Counted from the first letter of the whole stretch, positions 52,407 to 63,609 are shown. The stretch is DNA of 63,752 nucleotides, filler included, from Octopus bimaculoides (GCF_001194135.2; 5 parts of 5 records of this genome joined end to end with filler, not necessarily neighbours in it), one strand, 5' to 3'. Program-made: numbers and translations. The notes: a model not told the origin generated them from the sequence alone.

Positions 52407-52689
52407 CTGTTTACAAACACCTTATTTTCAGTCTTTCATGGTAGCAATTTTTCACCAACTTCAACGTGTATATGCCTTAGTCTTACTCAGATAAGCAATC
52501 ATAAACATAAACTTAAATTAATATTTTTAAAAGCATATTGATATATCTAATAAATTAGAGTCCATGTGTTTAAAATGTGGGACTACACTGCATCATAGAT
52601 CTATAAGTGCATGCCTTGATAAAATAGTTCTTTTGCATTTTTAGGTTAGCCACACATCCATGCATCTTCTCTGCTGTCTATTGCTGGGA

Positions 52690-53330
52690 GAGTCAAGGGG
52701 ATAGAATCCACAAGCACTGCCTCCTTATGGCCCCATCAGAATCAGCCATCATCAGACTTCCCAGCCAGATTCCCAAGTGTGACCAACTGAGTTTGGATAT
52801 TATCCAATTATCCAGTTCTTGGCCTACCATTCGGTCTCCTGCTGCTTGGTCTACCATTAGGTCTCCTGCTGACTCAGCTTGGAGAATCCTTCTTGCGATC
52901 CTTTCCTGTGACATTCCACAGTATTAGAACTGTGACCTTGCAATTCAGAAAAGTAGTGACCCAACCCAAAGAGGCTGCTTGGTCTCTGAGCTATGCCTTC
53001 CGCTATTGAATAATGTTACACCAGAGATCTTTCACAATTCTATTTCCATTCTGTGATCGCACTCTTTTGTCATTACTCAACATTCATGACCCTCAGTGCT
53101 ATTATATGGCAGTTAAACATGGATGCTGACAAAGAAATTATCAAACGGGCTAGATGACTGCCATACAAGGATGCTATGAATGGCTCTAAATGTGAAATGG
53201 CAGAAACATATGACAAATGACTACCTTCATGGAAATCTGCCAGAAGTTAGTGAAAAGATAAGGCAAAGACATCTGCAACTATCTGATCTGGTCACCGCAT
53301 TCGATATCCTGAACTGGAAGCATAGAAATT
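52690..53330. mobile_element. RTE-clade LINE fragments (minus about 52690-52930, plus about 53080-53330)
   Basis: MSQERIARRILQAE...W on minus. LYGS.TWMLTK...TRML.MALNVKWQKHMTND.LHGNLP.VSEKIRQR on plus, related to 3085-3560. Confidence 0.65.
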
Positions 53331-54772
53331 AATCTAATGGAACCCACTTCATGATGATGTCACACTTACAGTGACAATTTGATCTCAGGCACTGGCCTGA
53401 AATGTACCCAAGATCTTGAGGCAGTGATGCTGGACTGAGAAGTGTGGTGGGTGGAATTTGTTGCTGTGGCCTGGGTTGGAACCCAGCCATAAAAAGAATA
53501 AAACAATTCCCATTGGTGAGATAAGGTCCAAAAACTGAATTGAAGGTAGCAAGTTTGGCATTTTTAACACACTCTCAGCTTTTTGGGTTAACTCATCTAT
53601 AAATTGGTACTAATTTATTGCCAGTTAAAATCGTCAGATTATGAAATGCTTGCATCAATAACTAATGCAAAATGAACATTTTGAAAACCATCAAATCTCA
53701 CATTTTATTTTATTTTTAATGTTTCAGATCAATGTTTTTCTTTAACACTGGCACTGGTGAAGTGGTTGTGCAAATTTACATATTGTTGGAACAAACAATT
53801 TTAAAGTTGGATAACCTTCTACCACTAATCATTCAACCACAAAACCAAGACAGGAAACCTATGTTTAGCTATGCAGATTGTGTTGTGCTAGGCTGATCAA
53901 CTTGTCCAGTAAAATTTCACAGTCTCAGTCTCTTTTAACATGTAACAATACATTAGACAGTCAGAATAGATCAGTGCCAACAACATTTAACAATTCAAAT
54001 TAGATTAGAATAGTTGATTGTTATATTATTGAATACCTAATGTAACCAAGTAATATTAAGCTGAATACAATTTGAATAGTTTTATAGAGAACACCTGTTA
54101 AATATTTCTCATAGTTCATAGGTTGACTGACCTATTGATTAACTACTGTATGCAAGGGAAGGAAAATTGATGTAATTGATGACAAAATAAAATGATTTAA
54201 AAGTGTTAGTAATAGCACAAATCTCTCCCCCCACCAAAAACAAGTGGTTTTTCTTTTGAAATTTTTGCATGAACATGTAAATAATTATTTAAATTGATTG
54301 CAGGAAAGGGTATACCAACTAAAATGACTGTGATTGATAACTTGGAAACTGACATGAAAATATAATAGATAGCATGTCATAACATAATGTATTATACTAA
54401 AATGTCATTTTGCTCTACTATAATAAATAATCACAAAATAAATAGCTCTTCATACAATGTAGTCTATTTGTAACTAGATGTAAAACATGTAATTTTTGGC
54501 TGTTACTGCTGACCATTAGAACATTTTAGAAAGAAATCCTTGAAGTTTGTAATTTCAATTATAAGATCTGGAAATTGCAAAGAGTTAAGTTTCATTTTGG
54601 CATAACAATAATAAGTCTATATTTATAATTTTATCTATTTTGCATCTATTACCAAGTCAGCTATATTTCCAAAGACTATTTGTATAATAGCTTCAGCTGT
54701 GAAACCATAGAAATGTTTATTGATTCACATATACACAATACATATATATTTATGTATATATATACACACACA

Positions 54773-54820
<48 letters not shown>

Positions 54821-54920
54821 NNNNNNNNNNNNNNNNNNNNNNNNNNNNNNNNNNNNNNNNNNNNTTAATTAATTAANNNNNNNNNNNNNNNNNNNNNNNN
54901 NNNNNNNNNNNNNNNNNNNN
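54821..54920. other. Assembly join: N44-TTAATTAATTAA-N44
   Basis: Linker at 54865-54876. Confidence 0.95.
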
Positions 54921-55082
54921 TATATATATATATATTCATACACATGCATATACAGACACACTAACATACACACATACACACAGACATGTATATATCCATA
55001 TGTGCGTGCATATTTATATATATAAACGATGGAAGTTATTATATCATACCAGCTAATTCCCAGAAATTATAAAAGATCTCAC

Positions 55083-55136
55083 TTTCGAGAAACGAGAAAA
55101 CACCTGCCTCCTGACAATTGGTGCAAACAACTCTAA
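55083..55136 (-). CDS. 54-nt exon of the unidentified gene (RVVCTNCQEAGVFSFLE)
   Basis: Acceptor cctacccttttcag, donor gtgaga, phase 1 to 1; joins 59792 upstream and 52406 downstream in frame. Confidence 0.65.
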
Positions 55137-55573
55137 CTGAAAAGGGTAGGCACGATTGTTTCGGGTACTAGCAGAGCGTTGAGGAAGTTGTCTATCCTGC
55201 TTGTGCTGTTGTTATGATGATGATAATGAGGAGGAGGAGGTGGAGGACAATGATAATGATCCTGGTGGTGGTAATGATGATGACGATGATGGTGGTAATG
55301 GTGGTCTTGGTGCCAATATGGCAGGCACTAAATTCTTTTTTCTTTTCCTTCCACCCCCTATAAATATTCCACAGATTCCAAATAATGAATACAAATATCC
55401 GATTAATGGGTCCTCCTTTGATTATGAACTCGTCATACACACGTGATTGTAGTGATGAGGGTGGCGGTAGTGGTGGTGGCAGTAGACTCTCTCACCCCCA
55501 CACATATACATAGAACCTACAGTTCACACTCTGTACGACGGGGTTGATATTTGCTATGATATTGGGGAAGTCC

Positions 55574-55740
55574 TGCTCTCTCTCTCACAACCACTCTCTC
55601 TCTCACAACCACTCTCTCTCTCACAACCACTCTCTCTCTCACAACCACTCTCTCTCTCTCACAACCACTCTCTCTCTCTCACAACCACACTCTCTCTCTC
55701 ACAACCACTCTCTCTCTCTCACAACCACTCTCTCTCTCAC
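55574..55740. repeat. Minisatellite, about 18 bp (ctctctctctcacaacca) x about 9
   Basis: Directly visible; unit length varies by CT dinucleotides. Confidence 0.92.
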
Positions 55741-56325
55741 ACTCATTCTCCGTTTCTTTCTTTTCCTCTCCTTCCACTTTTCGGTTCCTCTCCCTTCCGG
55801 CTGTCACGACCTTACTCTCTTTCATACCATTCTCGTTCTTCTCCCAGACTGTCTTTTTCTCTCCCAGACTCCCCCTTCTTTCCTCAATTTCCATTTTGTC
55901 TCCCCCTCTTTCGCCCTATCCTCATTCTCTTTCTGCTGCTCTCCTATCTTATTCACAAGTCCCCCTTTAAAGCCACGCACCCTCTTTTTCTTCTGTCTTT
56001 CTCCTTCTCAGCCCCTCCTACTATCAAAGCACACACACACCTACTCATCTTTCCTCGCTCACTCACTCACTGTCTCCCTCTCGCCCATCTCACCTTTCCA
56101 GCCATACTCTCCCTTCTACTCTGGCTCTGCTTCGTCTACTTCGCCCTTCTTTCGCGCACTCAGACTCATTTTGTTTTCTGTCTCTTCACCGTGTTTAGGC
56201 CAAACTCTCAGACATTTCCAAACCCATTCCTCCTTGTCTGTTACTCTCACTCTCTCCCCTTTCACTCTCTGTTTCTGTCTCTCTGTCTCTCTGTCTCTGT
56301 CTCTGTCTCTGTCTCTCTCTCCCTC

Positions 56326-56369
<44 letters not shown>

Positions 56370-57031
56370 ACACATACGCACAAACACACATTCTCTCACT
56401 CTTTCTCTGTCACGCCAACACACTTTCCCTCTTACAGACTTTCATATACACACGTCCTTGTCCTCTCCTCTTACTAACCCTTTCTCGCTTACTCTCTGTC
56501 CCTCTATCTTACATACATACTCTTCCTCCCTCCTCTCTCTCTCTCTCTCTCTCTCTCTTCACACATACTATCCTTCTCTAGTCACTCAATCTCTCTTTCT
56601 CTCTTCCTGCCCTCTGTCTTTCAATTTGATACAAAAGTAGCCCTTTCCGTTCACGAACGCTCTCTCTCACACATACACACACTCGCATACACCCCACCCC
56701 CTCTCTCTCACTCATACACACACTCGTAAACATTCTCTCTCTCTCTCTATCTTTCTATCTCTCTCTCTTTCTCTCTCTCTCTCTTTCACTCTCTCTCTTT
56801 CTCCCTCTCTCTCTTTATCTCTCTCTCTCTCTCTCTCTTTCTCTCTCAGCTCCTCTATTTCTGTCTCTCACTCCCTTTCTTATTTCTCTCCCAGTCTCAT
56901 TGTCTTCCCCTCTGTCTTTCTCTTTCTGTCAATCACCCTTCTATCTCTTTCTTCCTCCCTATTTCTCTGTCTTTGTCAGTCACCCCTGTCTGCCTGTCTG
57001 TCTGTCTCTCATTCACTCTCTCTCTCTCTCT

Positions 57032-57070
<39 letters not shown>
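55741..57070. repeat. Long CT-rich low-complexity tract with (CT)n runs
   Basis: Strong pyrimidine skew on the + strand over about 1.3 kb. Confidence 0.9.
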
Positions 57071-57611
57071 GATTATCCCTCATACATATTGAGACATCTC
57101 GGTAGGACCCTGCCTAAATGTCAAGCTGTCATCTAGTAACAAGCAAACAAGGTCCCCACCATCAACTCTAACATCGCCACTCCGTCCCTCACCGTCCCCT
57201 ACCATTCCCTCCTTATCGTCTGCTTATAGAAAGTGGAGATAAGGAAGTACAAATTATTTTAACAACCTATTTAGGGTACAGGATGGGTTTTAAATATATA
57301 TTCCATGATTTATAGAACTCAGGCTTTGATTTATCAACAGGTGTGTCGCTGCTAGTATGAGTGTGTTTGTGTGTGAGAGTGTGTGCGCGTGTGAGTGCGC
57401 GCGCGCGTATATGTGCGCACGCATGTGTGTGGTGTGTGAAAATATGTAAACTTTTCTTTCCCTCTGTATATACATATGGGTGTGTATGCCTATGTGTTAT
57501 GTGTGTTATATCCGTACATATAGATATGTGTTTATAGATAAGTATGTATATCTATGTCTATGATAACAGGTTATATAAATATAGACATGTGTAGGCACAT
57601 CTTAATATACA

Positions 57612-57639
<28 letters not shown>

Positions 57640-57642
<3 letters not shown>

Positions 57643-57878
57643 CTGTAAAAATATATGACATTTATTCAGTAGCCATGATAAGACTCCGAGTTTCGGATGC
57701 CAGGGTAGGAGCCCACGCCAACATCTCTTCAGTTATCCGGCCAATTGAAAATTCCTGTGAAAAATGACCGTTAAAAACAAAGGGAAGTTACTATGTAGTG
57801 ACAAGTTCGCCACCCTGGCATCCGAAACTCGGAGTTTTATCATGGCTACTGAATAAGTGTCACATATTTTTACAGATA
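57640..57878. mobile_element. MITE with 67-bp terminal inverted repeats, TA at both ends
   Basis: 57640-57706 versus the reverse complement of 57812-57878 shows 3 mismatches in 67 nt; 105-bp non-coding core. Confidence 0.9.
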
Positions 57879-58925
57879 AATCCCTCTATTTGTATAATAT
57901 TGAGGTCTCTTTCTTTCTTTTGTTGTCCTTTCTGTCAAATATATATATATATNNNNNNNNNNNNNNNNNNNNNNNNNNNNNNNNNNNNNNNNNNNNNNNN
58001 NNNNNNNNNNNNNNNNNNNNNNNNNNNNNNNNNNNNNNNNNNNNNNNNNNNNNNNNNNNNNNNNNNNNNNNNNNNNNNNNNNNNNNNNNNNNNNNNNNNN
58101 NNNNNNNNNNNNNNNNNNNNNNNNNNNNNNNNNNNNNNNNNNNNNNNNNNNNNNNNNNNNNNNNNNNNNNNNNNNNNNNNNNNNNNNNNNNNNNNNNNNN
58201 NNNNNNNNNNNNNNNNNNNNNNNNNNNNNNNNNNNNNNNNNNNNNNNNNNNNNNNNNNNNNNNNNNNNNNNNNNNNNNNNNNNNNNNNNNNNNNNNNNNN
58301 NNNNNNNNNNNNNNNNNNNNNNNNNNNNNNNNNNNNNNNNNNNNNNNNNNNNNNNNNNNNNNNNNNNNNNNNNNNNNNNNNNNNNNNNNNNNNNNNNNNN
58401 NNNNNNNNNNNNNNNNNNNNNNNNNNNNNNNNNNNNNNNNNNNNNNNNNNNNNNNNNNNNNNNNNNNNNNNNNNNNNNNNNNNNNNNNNNNNNNNNNNNN
58501 NNNNNNNNNNNNNNNNNNNNNNNNNNNNNNNNNNNNNNNNNNNNNNNNNNNNNNNNNNNNNNNNNNNNNNNNNNNNNNNNNNNNNNNNNNNNNNNNNNNN
58601 NNNNNNNNNNNNNNNNNNNNNNNNNNNNNNNNNNNNNNNNNNNNNNNNNNNNNNNNNNNNNNNNNNNNNNNNNNNNNNNNNNNNNNNNNNNNNNNNNNNN
58701 NNNNNNNNNNNNNNNNNNNNNNNNNNNNNNNNNNNNNNNNNNNNNNNNNNNNNNNNNNNNNNNNNNNNNNNNNNNNNNNNNNNNNNNNNNNNNNNNNNNN
58801 NNNNNNNNNNNNNNNNNNNNNNNNNNNNNNNNNNNNNNNNNNNNNNNNNNNNNNNNNNNNNNNNNNNNNNNNNNNNNNNNNNNNNNNNNNNNNNNNNNNN
58901 NNTATATATGTATGTATGTGTGTGA

Positions 58926-58956
<31 letters not shown>

Positions 58957-59499
58957 CACATATATAAGAGAGAAAGCGTGGCTCACTGTTGCAGTACTGG
59001 ACTTGACTAGCAAAAGGGAAAATAACAAAATGGAACTAAGGAGTATTTGAAATAAGAACGTGAACAACCGTAGGAAATGACGCCAGGCATTTTGTCGCAG
59101 ACGATAACGATTCTGTCAGCTGACAACCTTAATGGCTACGATAAGAAATGTGCGTAACTTAGGCTTGAAGTAATCAGTTTAGTTGGAACGGATTTCGTGA
59201 ATACAACGACTGGTACGGTATTTCATCGTTCCCGAATGGATAAATAGTTAATCTCGGTGGAATTTGAACTCAGAACGTAGAGCTGTGATAGCTATAACAT
59301 AAGGAGCACTTTTTAGAGGAATGGGTTTAGTCGACAACATCCGAACCCCCTTTTATCGACTATGAAAGAATGAAAGGCAAACTTGACCTCAGCAGGATTT
59401 GAATTTAGCATCACTATCCTAATCACCATCATCGTTATCGTCATCATCATCGTCGTCATCATCATCATCATTATCATCGATTACAGTAATAATAATGGT

Positions 59500-59710
59500 T
59501 TCAAATTTTGGCACAAGGCCAGAAATTTTAGTGGCGGGGTTAAGTCGACTATATCGACCGCAGTGATCAACTGGTACTTATTTTATCGACCACAAAAGGA
59601 TGTAAGACAAAGTCCACCCTGGAGGAATCTGAACTCAGAACGTAAAGACGGATCAAATGCCGCCAAGTCTTTCGTCCGGCGTGCTAACGATTCTGCCAGC
59701 TCGCCGCCCT
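59500..59710 (-). mobile_element. SINE (ggcagaatcgttagc family), CpGs intact
   Basis: The reverse strand reads ggcggcgagctggcagaatcgttagcacgccggacgaaa. Confidence 0.85.
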
Positions 59711-59791
59711 AAACAACATAAATACTAATGATAACAATATGATACAAAAATGTTTTAGCCAATAGAAAGACGAAGAGTAGTGGGGATTTAC

Positions 59792-59921
59792 CTAGACAAG
59801 TGTAAACAACAGAACAGCACAATAGCAAGGAGAATTGTCCAGGGGTACAAAGGAACCCACCGATTCTGAATCTCCTGACCATTGGTACTTCTCCACAGGG
59901 AAGCGCTCCTCTACAATCCAT
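59792..59921 (-). CDS. Candidate first coding exon of the unidentified gene; signal-peptide-like
   Basis: ATG at 59921, MDCRGALPCGEVPMVRRFRIGGFLCTPGQFSLLLCCSVVYTCL, donor G|gtaaat (phase 1). A basic n-region (MVRRFR) plus hydrophobic core continues into VRVVC of the next exon. Confidence 0.55.
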
Positions 59922-60153
59922 TCTCTCCACCCAACAAGTGCAAGTTTAGAGTAGGGCCCAGGCACTCGAGCCATATTCACCACATTCACTCAATTTTAAA
60001 GACATTTTTCTGAGGGGCAGCAGCTTCTCTCTAGTCTCAACTTGCTTTCGAAACTGAACTTCAAAAAAAGCCGCTCCTCTACCATCCGTTTGCACCGTTC
60101 TAAAAGTGCAAGCTATGCCCTTCAGTCGATCCATATTCGCCACATTCACTCAC

Positions 60154-60260
60154 CTTTAATCAAATTTACTGATAGATGGCAGTACTTTCTATCTGTTCTC
60201 ACCTCGCCGAAAAGGAAGTGTCGGGTTTTGATATTTTTGCTTTCACCCTAAAAACTCTAA
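60154..60260 (-). promoter_or_regulatory. Candidate promoter/first non-coding exon of the unidentified gene
   Basis: ETS-type GGAAGTG at 60214-60220, retained CpGs, and two strong minus-strand donors (GAG|gtgaga after 60203; AAG|gtgagt after 60154). Confidence 0.5.
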
Positions 60261-60289
60261 TAATAAAGGGTTTCTAATCAAGGCTCATT

Positions 60290-60480
60290 GGAAGCCTGTG
60301 GTCTAGAGGTTAGAGGGTGTTGGAATTACGATCATAAGAGTGTGGTCTCGATTCTAGGACCGGGCGATGCATTGTGATATTGAGAAAAGTATTTCATTTC
60401 ACGTTGCCCCAGTCCACTCAGCTGGCAAAAATGAGCAACCCTGCGACAGACTGGTGTCCTGTCCAGGAGGTGAATATATA
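60290..60480 (+). mobile_element. tRNA-derived SINE
   Basis: gtggtctagaggttagagg head, then ccagtccactcagctggcaaaaatgag and ccctgcgacagactgg.gtcctgtccagg. Confidence 0.65.
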
Positions 60481-61072
60481 CACCCCGGAAACCGGCCTTA
60501 TACCTCTATATGGCTCGGAAAAGATCTTAATTTCTTATCCGAATAGAGGCTCAGTACCAACAATTTTTGAGGGGAGGGGACGTGTCGAATACATCGGCCA
60601 CCTCCTGTACATGACTTGTACTTCATTTCATCGATCCCAAAGAATCTAAGCATATGACTGGTGCATTATTCTATCTACCCCTAAAGAAAGGAACCATAGG
60701 TCCTAATATTTATTAAATATAGTTAGAAATATTATAAACGTAAACAAGCATGTTAGGTTAAACATTCACACGGGCGCACACGTCACAAACAAACATAGAT
60801 TTATAAACGCATTGGGATGAGAGATAGATTCATAGTTAGAGAGAGGGAGAGAGAGAGAGAGGGAGAGAGAGAGAGAAAGGAAGAGAAGGGTGAGAGAGGA
60901 TGGGAGAGAGAAATAACAGAGGAGAGGCATGGAGAAGAGAAGGGTGGGAAAAAAGTGATGCAGTGGGATAATTAGACTAATTAATCAATGCACACCTACA
61001 TATGCGTGCTTGTGTGTGTGTGTGCGCGCGCGTCCATTTGTTTATCTGTACATGTATGTATGTATAGTGTAT

Positions 61073-61115
<43 letters not shown>

Positions 61116-62059
61116 NNNNNNNNNNNNNNNNNNNNNNNNNNNNNNNNNNNNNNNNNNNNNNNNNNNNNNNNNNNNNNNNNNNNNNNNNNNNNNNNNNNNN
61201 NNNNNNNNNNNNNNNNNNNNNNNNNNNNNNNNNNNNNNNNNNNNNNNNNNNNNNNNNNNNNNNNNNNNNNNNNNNNNNNNNNNNNNNNNNNNNNNNNNNN
61301 NNNNNNNNNNNNNNNNNNNNNNNNNNNNNNNNNNNNNNNNNNNNNNNNNNNNNNNNNNNNNNNNNNNNNNNNNNNNNNNNNNNNNNNNNNNNNNNNNNNN
61401 NNNNNNNNNNNNNNNNNNNNNNNNNNNNNNNNNNNNNNNNNNNNNNNNNNNNNNNNNNNNNNNNNNNNNNNNNNNNNNNNNNNNNNNNNNNNNNNNNNNN
61501 NNNNNNNNNNNNNNNNNNNNNNNNNNNNNNNNNNNNNNNNNNNNNNNNNNNNNNNNNNNNNNNNNNNNNNNNNNNNNNNNNNNNNNNNNNNNNNNNNNNN
61601 NNNNNNNNNNNNNNNNNNNNNNNNNNNNNNNNNNNNNNNNNNNNNNNNNNNNNNNNNNNNNNNNNNNNNNNNNNNNNNNNNNNNNNNNNNNNNNNNNNNN
61701 NNNNNNNNNNNNNNNNNNNNNNNNNNNNNNNNNNNNNNNNNNNNNNNNNNNNNNNNNNNNNNNNNNNNNNNNNNNNNNNNNNNNNNNNNNNNNNNNNNNN
61801 NNNNNATATACATGTTCGACAACTGTCTCCATGAAATTCACAGGAGCCCCCAACCCCATCTATGTCAACTCACTCCATCCAACCCCCCACGCTCAGTCAC
61901 CAATCAAACAACCAGGCGTTTTCCACCACCATCACGTGGCTTCCTAATCATGCTACGGATAATTAGCACCACCCCTACCTCACCATCCCACGCCTCCCCC
62001 CACTTCACCCCCTTCCTTCCATCTTTCCTTCCATCAAGAGAACAAACCACTCACGCAAA

Positions 62060-62484
62060 CAGTCGCTCATATATATATGTGTGTGTGTGTGTACATATAT
62101 ATGTGTGTCGGTGTGTGTGTATATGCATAAATACATATAATGTACGTATATATATAAATATATACACAGACATGCATAAGTATGCGTAAGTGTATGCATC
62201 TGTGCGTGTATATATATATATATATATCTATGTGTGTAAAATATATACACGCATGCGTGTATATATTATACATTTATATGCTTATGCATTCATACATTAT
62301 ATATGTATATATGTATATATGTTTATGTGTGTGCATCTATATACACAAACACATACTTAAACGAATACAATATTTGTAGATATAGATATATGTATGCACA
62401 GATATATACGCATATAATATGTACATATATATATACACGTATATACATATATACATATATACACATGTACACACACATACATGT

Positions 62485-62547
<63 letters not shown>
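62060..62547. repeat. Degenerate (TA)n/(CA)n/(TG)n low-complexity tract
   Basis: Directly visible. Confidence 0.9.
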
Positions 62548-62647
62548 NNNNNNNNNNNNNNNNNNNNNNNNNNNNNNNNNNNNNNNNNNNNTTAATTAAT
62601 TAANNNNNNNNNNNNNNNNNNNNNNNNNNNNNNNNNNNNNNNNNNNN
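62548..62647. other. Assembly join: N44-TTAATTAATTAA-N44
   Basis: Linker at 62592-62603. Confidence 0.95.
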
Positions 62648-62938
62648 ATAAACGATGTCAAAAGGTCACACTGAGAGCAAAAAGAAAAGAACAAAAACAA
62701 ATGAAAGAAGACAAAAACGAAACAGTCAAATAAAACATCGTGTAATAACTAACCGCTTAATACATTTCCCATGGTCCCTGTAGGAACAAGCAAGGCCTTT
62801 TCTTTGCCAAGAAGTTTTGCACATTTTGCTTCTAAAGCTGAAAGTTTAGAGAAGAATACATAAATAGTCTTTAGCTTGTTTAACAGTTACTGATACGCGC
62901 ACACGCACACGCACGCATGCACAGCCACATACACACAC

Positions 62939-62973
<35 letters not shown>

Positions 62974-63108
62974 GCGAGAGGGGGGCGACAGAAAGTGAGA
63001 GAATTATATATAAAACGAGACACATATGTGTATGTATGTGGTGGTGGTGATATGCTGTTGAAGCTTTATAATAAATATATAAAAAAAACAATTAACTAAA
63101 ATTTTTAC

Positions 63109-63214
63109 CTAAAACCATCGTTTCTCCTACATCAGCATTGGCCATGGCTTCTCTCATGGCCTGGGAAGGTTTTGAGAATATATCACTTCTCATGTCTACG
63201 TATTTTGGGGCCAT
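63109..63214 (-). CDS. THA1: First coding exon of a low-specificity L-threonine aldolase-like gene (PLP-dependent, GLY1/LtaE/Tha1 family)
   Basis: ATG at 63214, MAPKYVDMRSDIFSKPSQAMREAMANADVGETMVL, donor G|gtaaaa. Matches the family start IDLRSDTVTxPsxAMxEAMxxAxVGDDV. Acceptors at 63228 or 63219 upstream. No later exons were found. Confidence 0.75.
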
Positions 63215-63483
63215 CACGACTGCAATATCTTGAGTTTTAGAAATAAAAATATAATATATAAAATGTTAAAACATTATAAAAAGACAAAAATAAAATGGCA
63301 AGAAACATTTTAACTCTTTAGCATTTTCTTCGTACTTTTCATGTTCATTCGCGCATCTTCAGCTTTTTCTTTAAATTATATTTTAATATCTTTTTTAATA
63401 TATATTGAATATACATTTTAATATTTTTATATATAACTTGCATATTTATTTAAAAAAATTTTCTTTTTTTATCATTTATTCAC

Positions 63484-63600
63484 TCGTCTTGGTGGAATCT
63501 TCCATTAGGTGCGTTTTGCTTTCGCATCGCTTCACACCTGTCCTCTATTTAAACGTAAACCTCTTGGTTGCATAGTTCAATCAGCGCCTGATGAACGTAC
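63484..63600 (-). promoter_or_regulatory. Candidate promoter and 5' UTR exon of the threonine aldolase-like gene
   Basis: The minus strand has TATA-like tttaaatagag at about 63545-63555, a CpG-containing stretch, then a donor GA|gtgaat after 63484. Confidence 0.4.
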
Positions 63601-63609
63601 TTATGTAAT

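Noticed and set aside
55544-56640. 345-aa and 149-aa Ser/Leu-rich ORFs
   Set aside because: CT-rich sequence lacks stop codons by composition; these are products of the minisatellite and (CT)n tract.
61812-61859. GLGAPV on the minus strand, resembling the threonine aldolase SKGLGAPVGS motif
   Set aside because: The match ends after six residues (NFMETVV instead of GS-hydrophobic-GS), the acceptor is weak and the DNA is G-rich; probably chance, though worth a TBLASTN.
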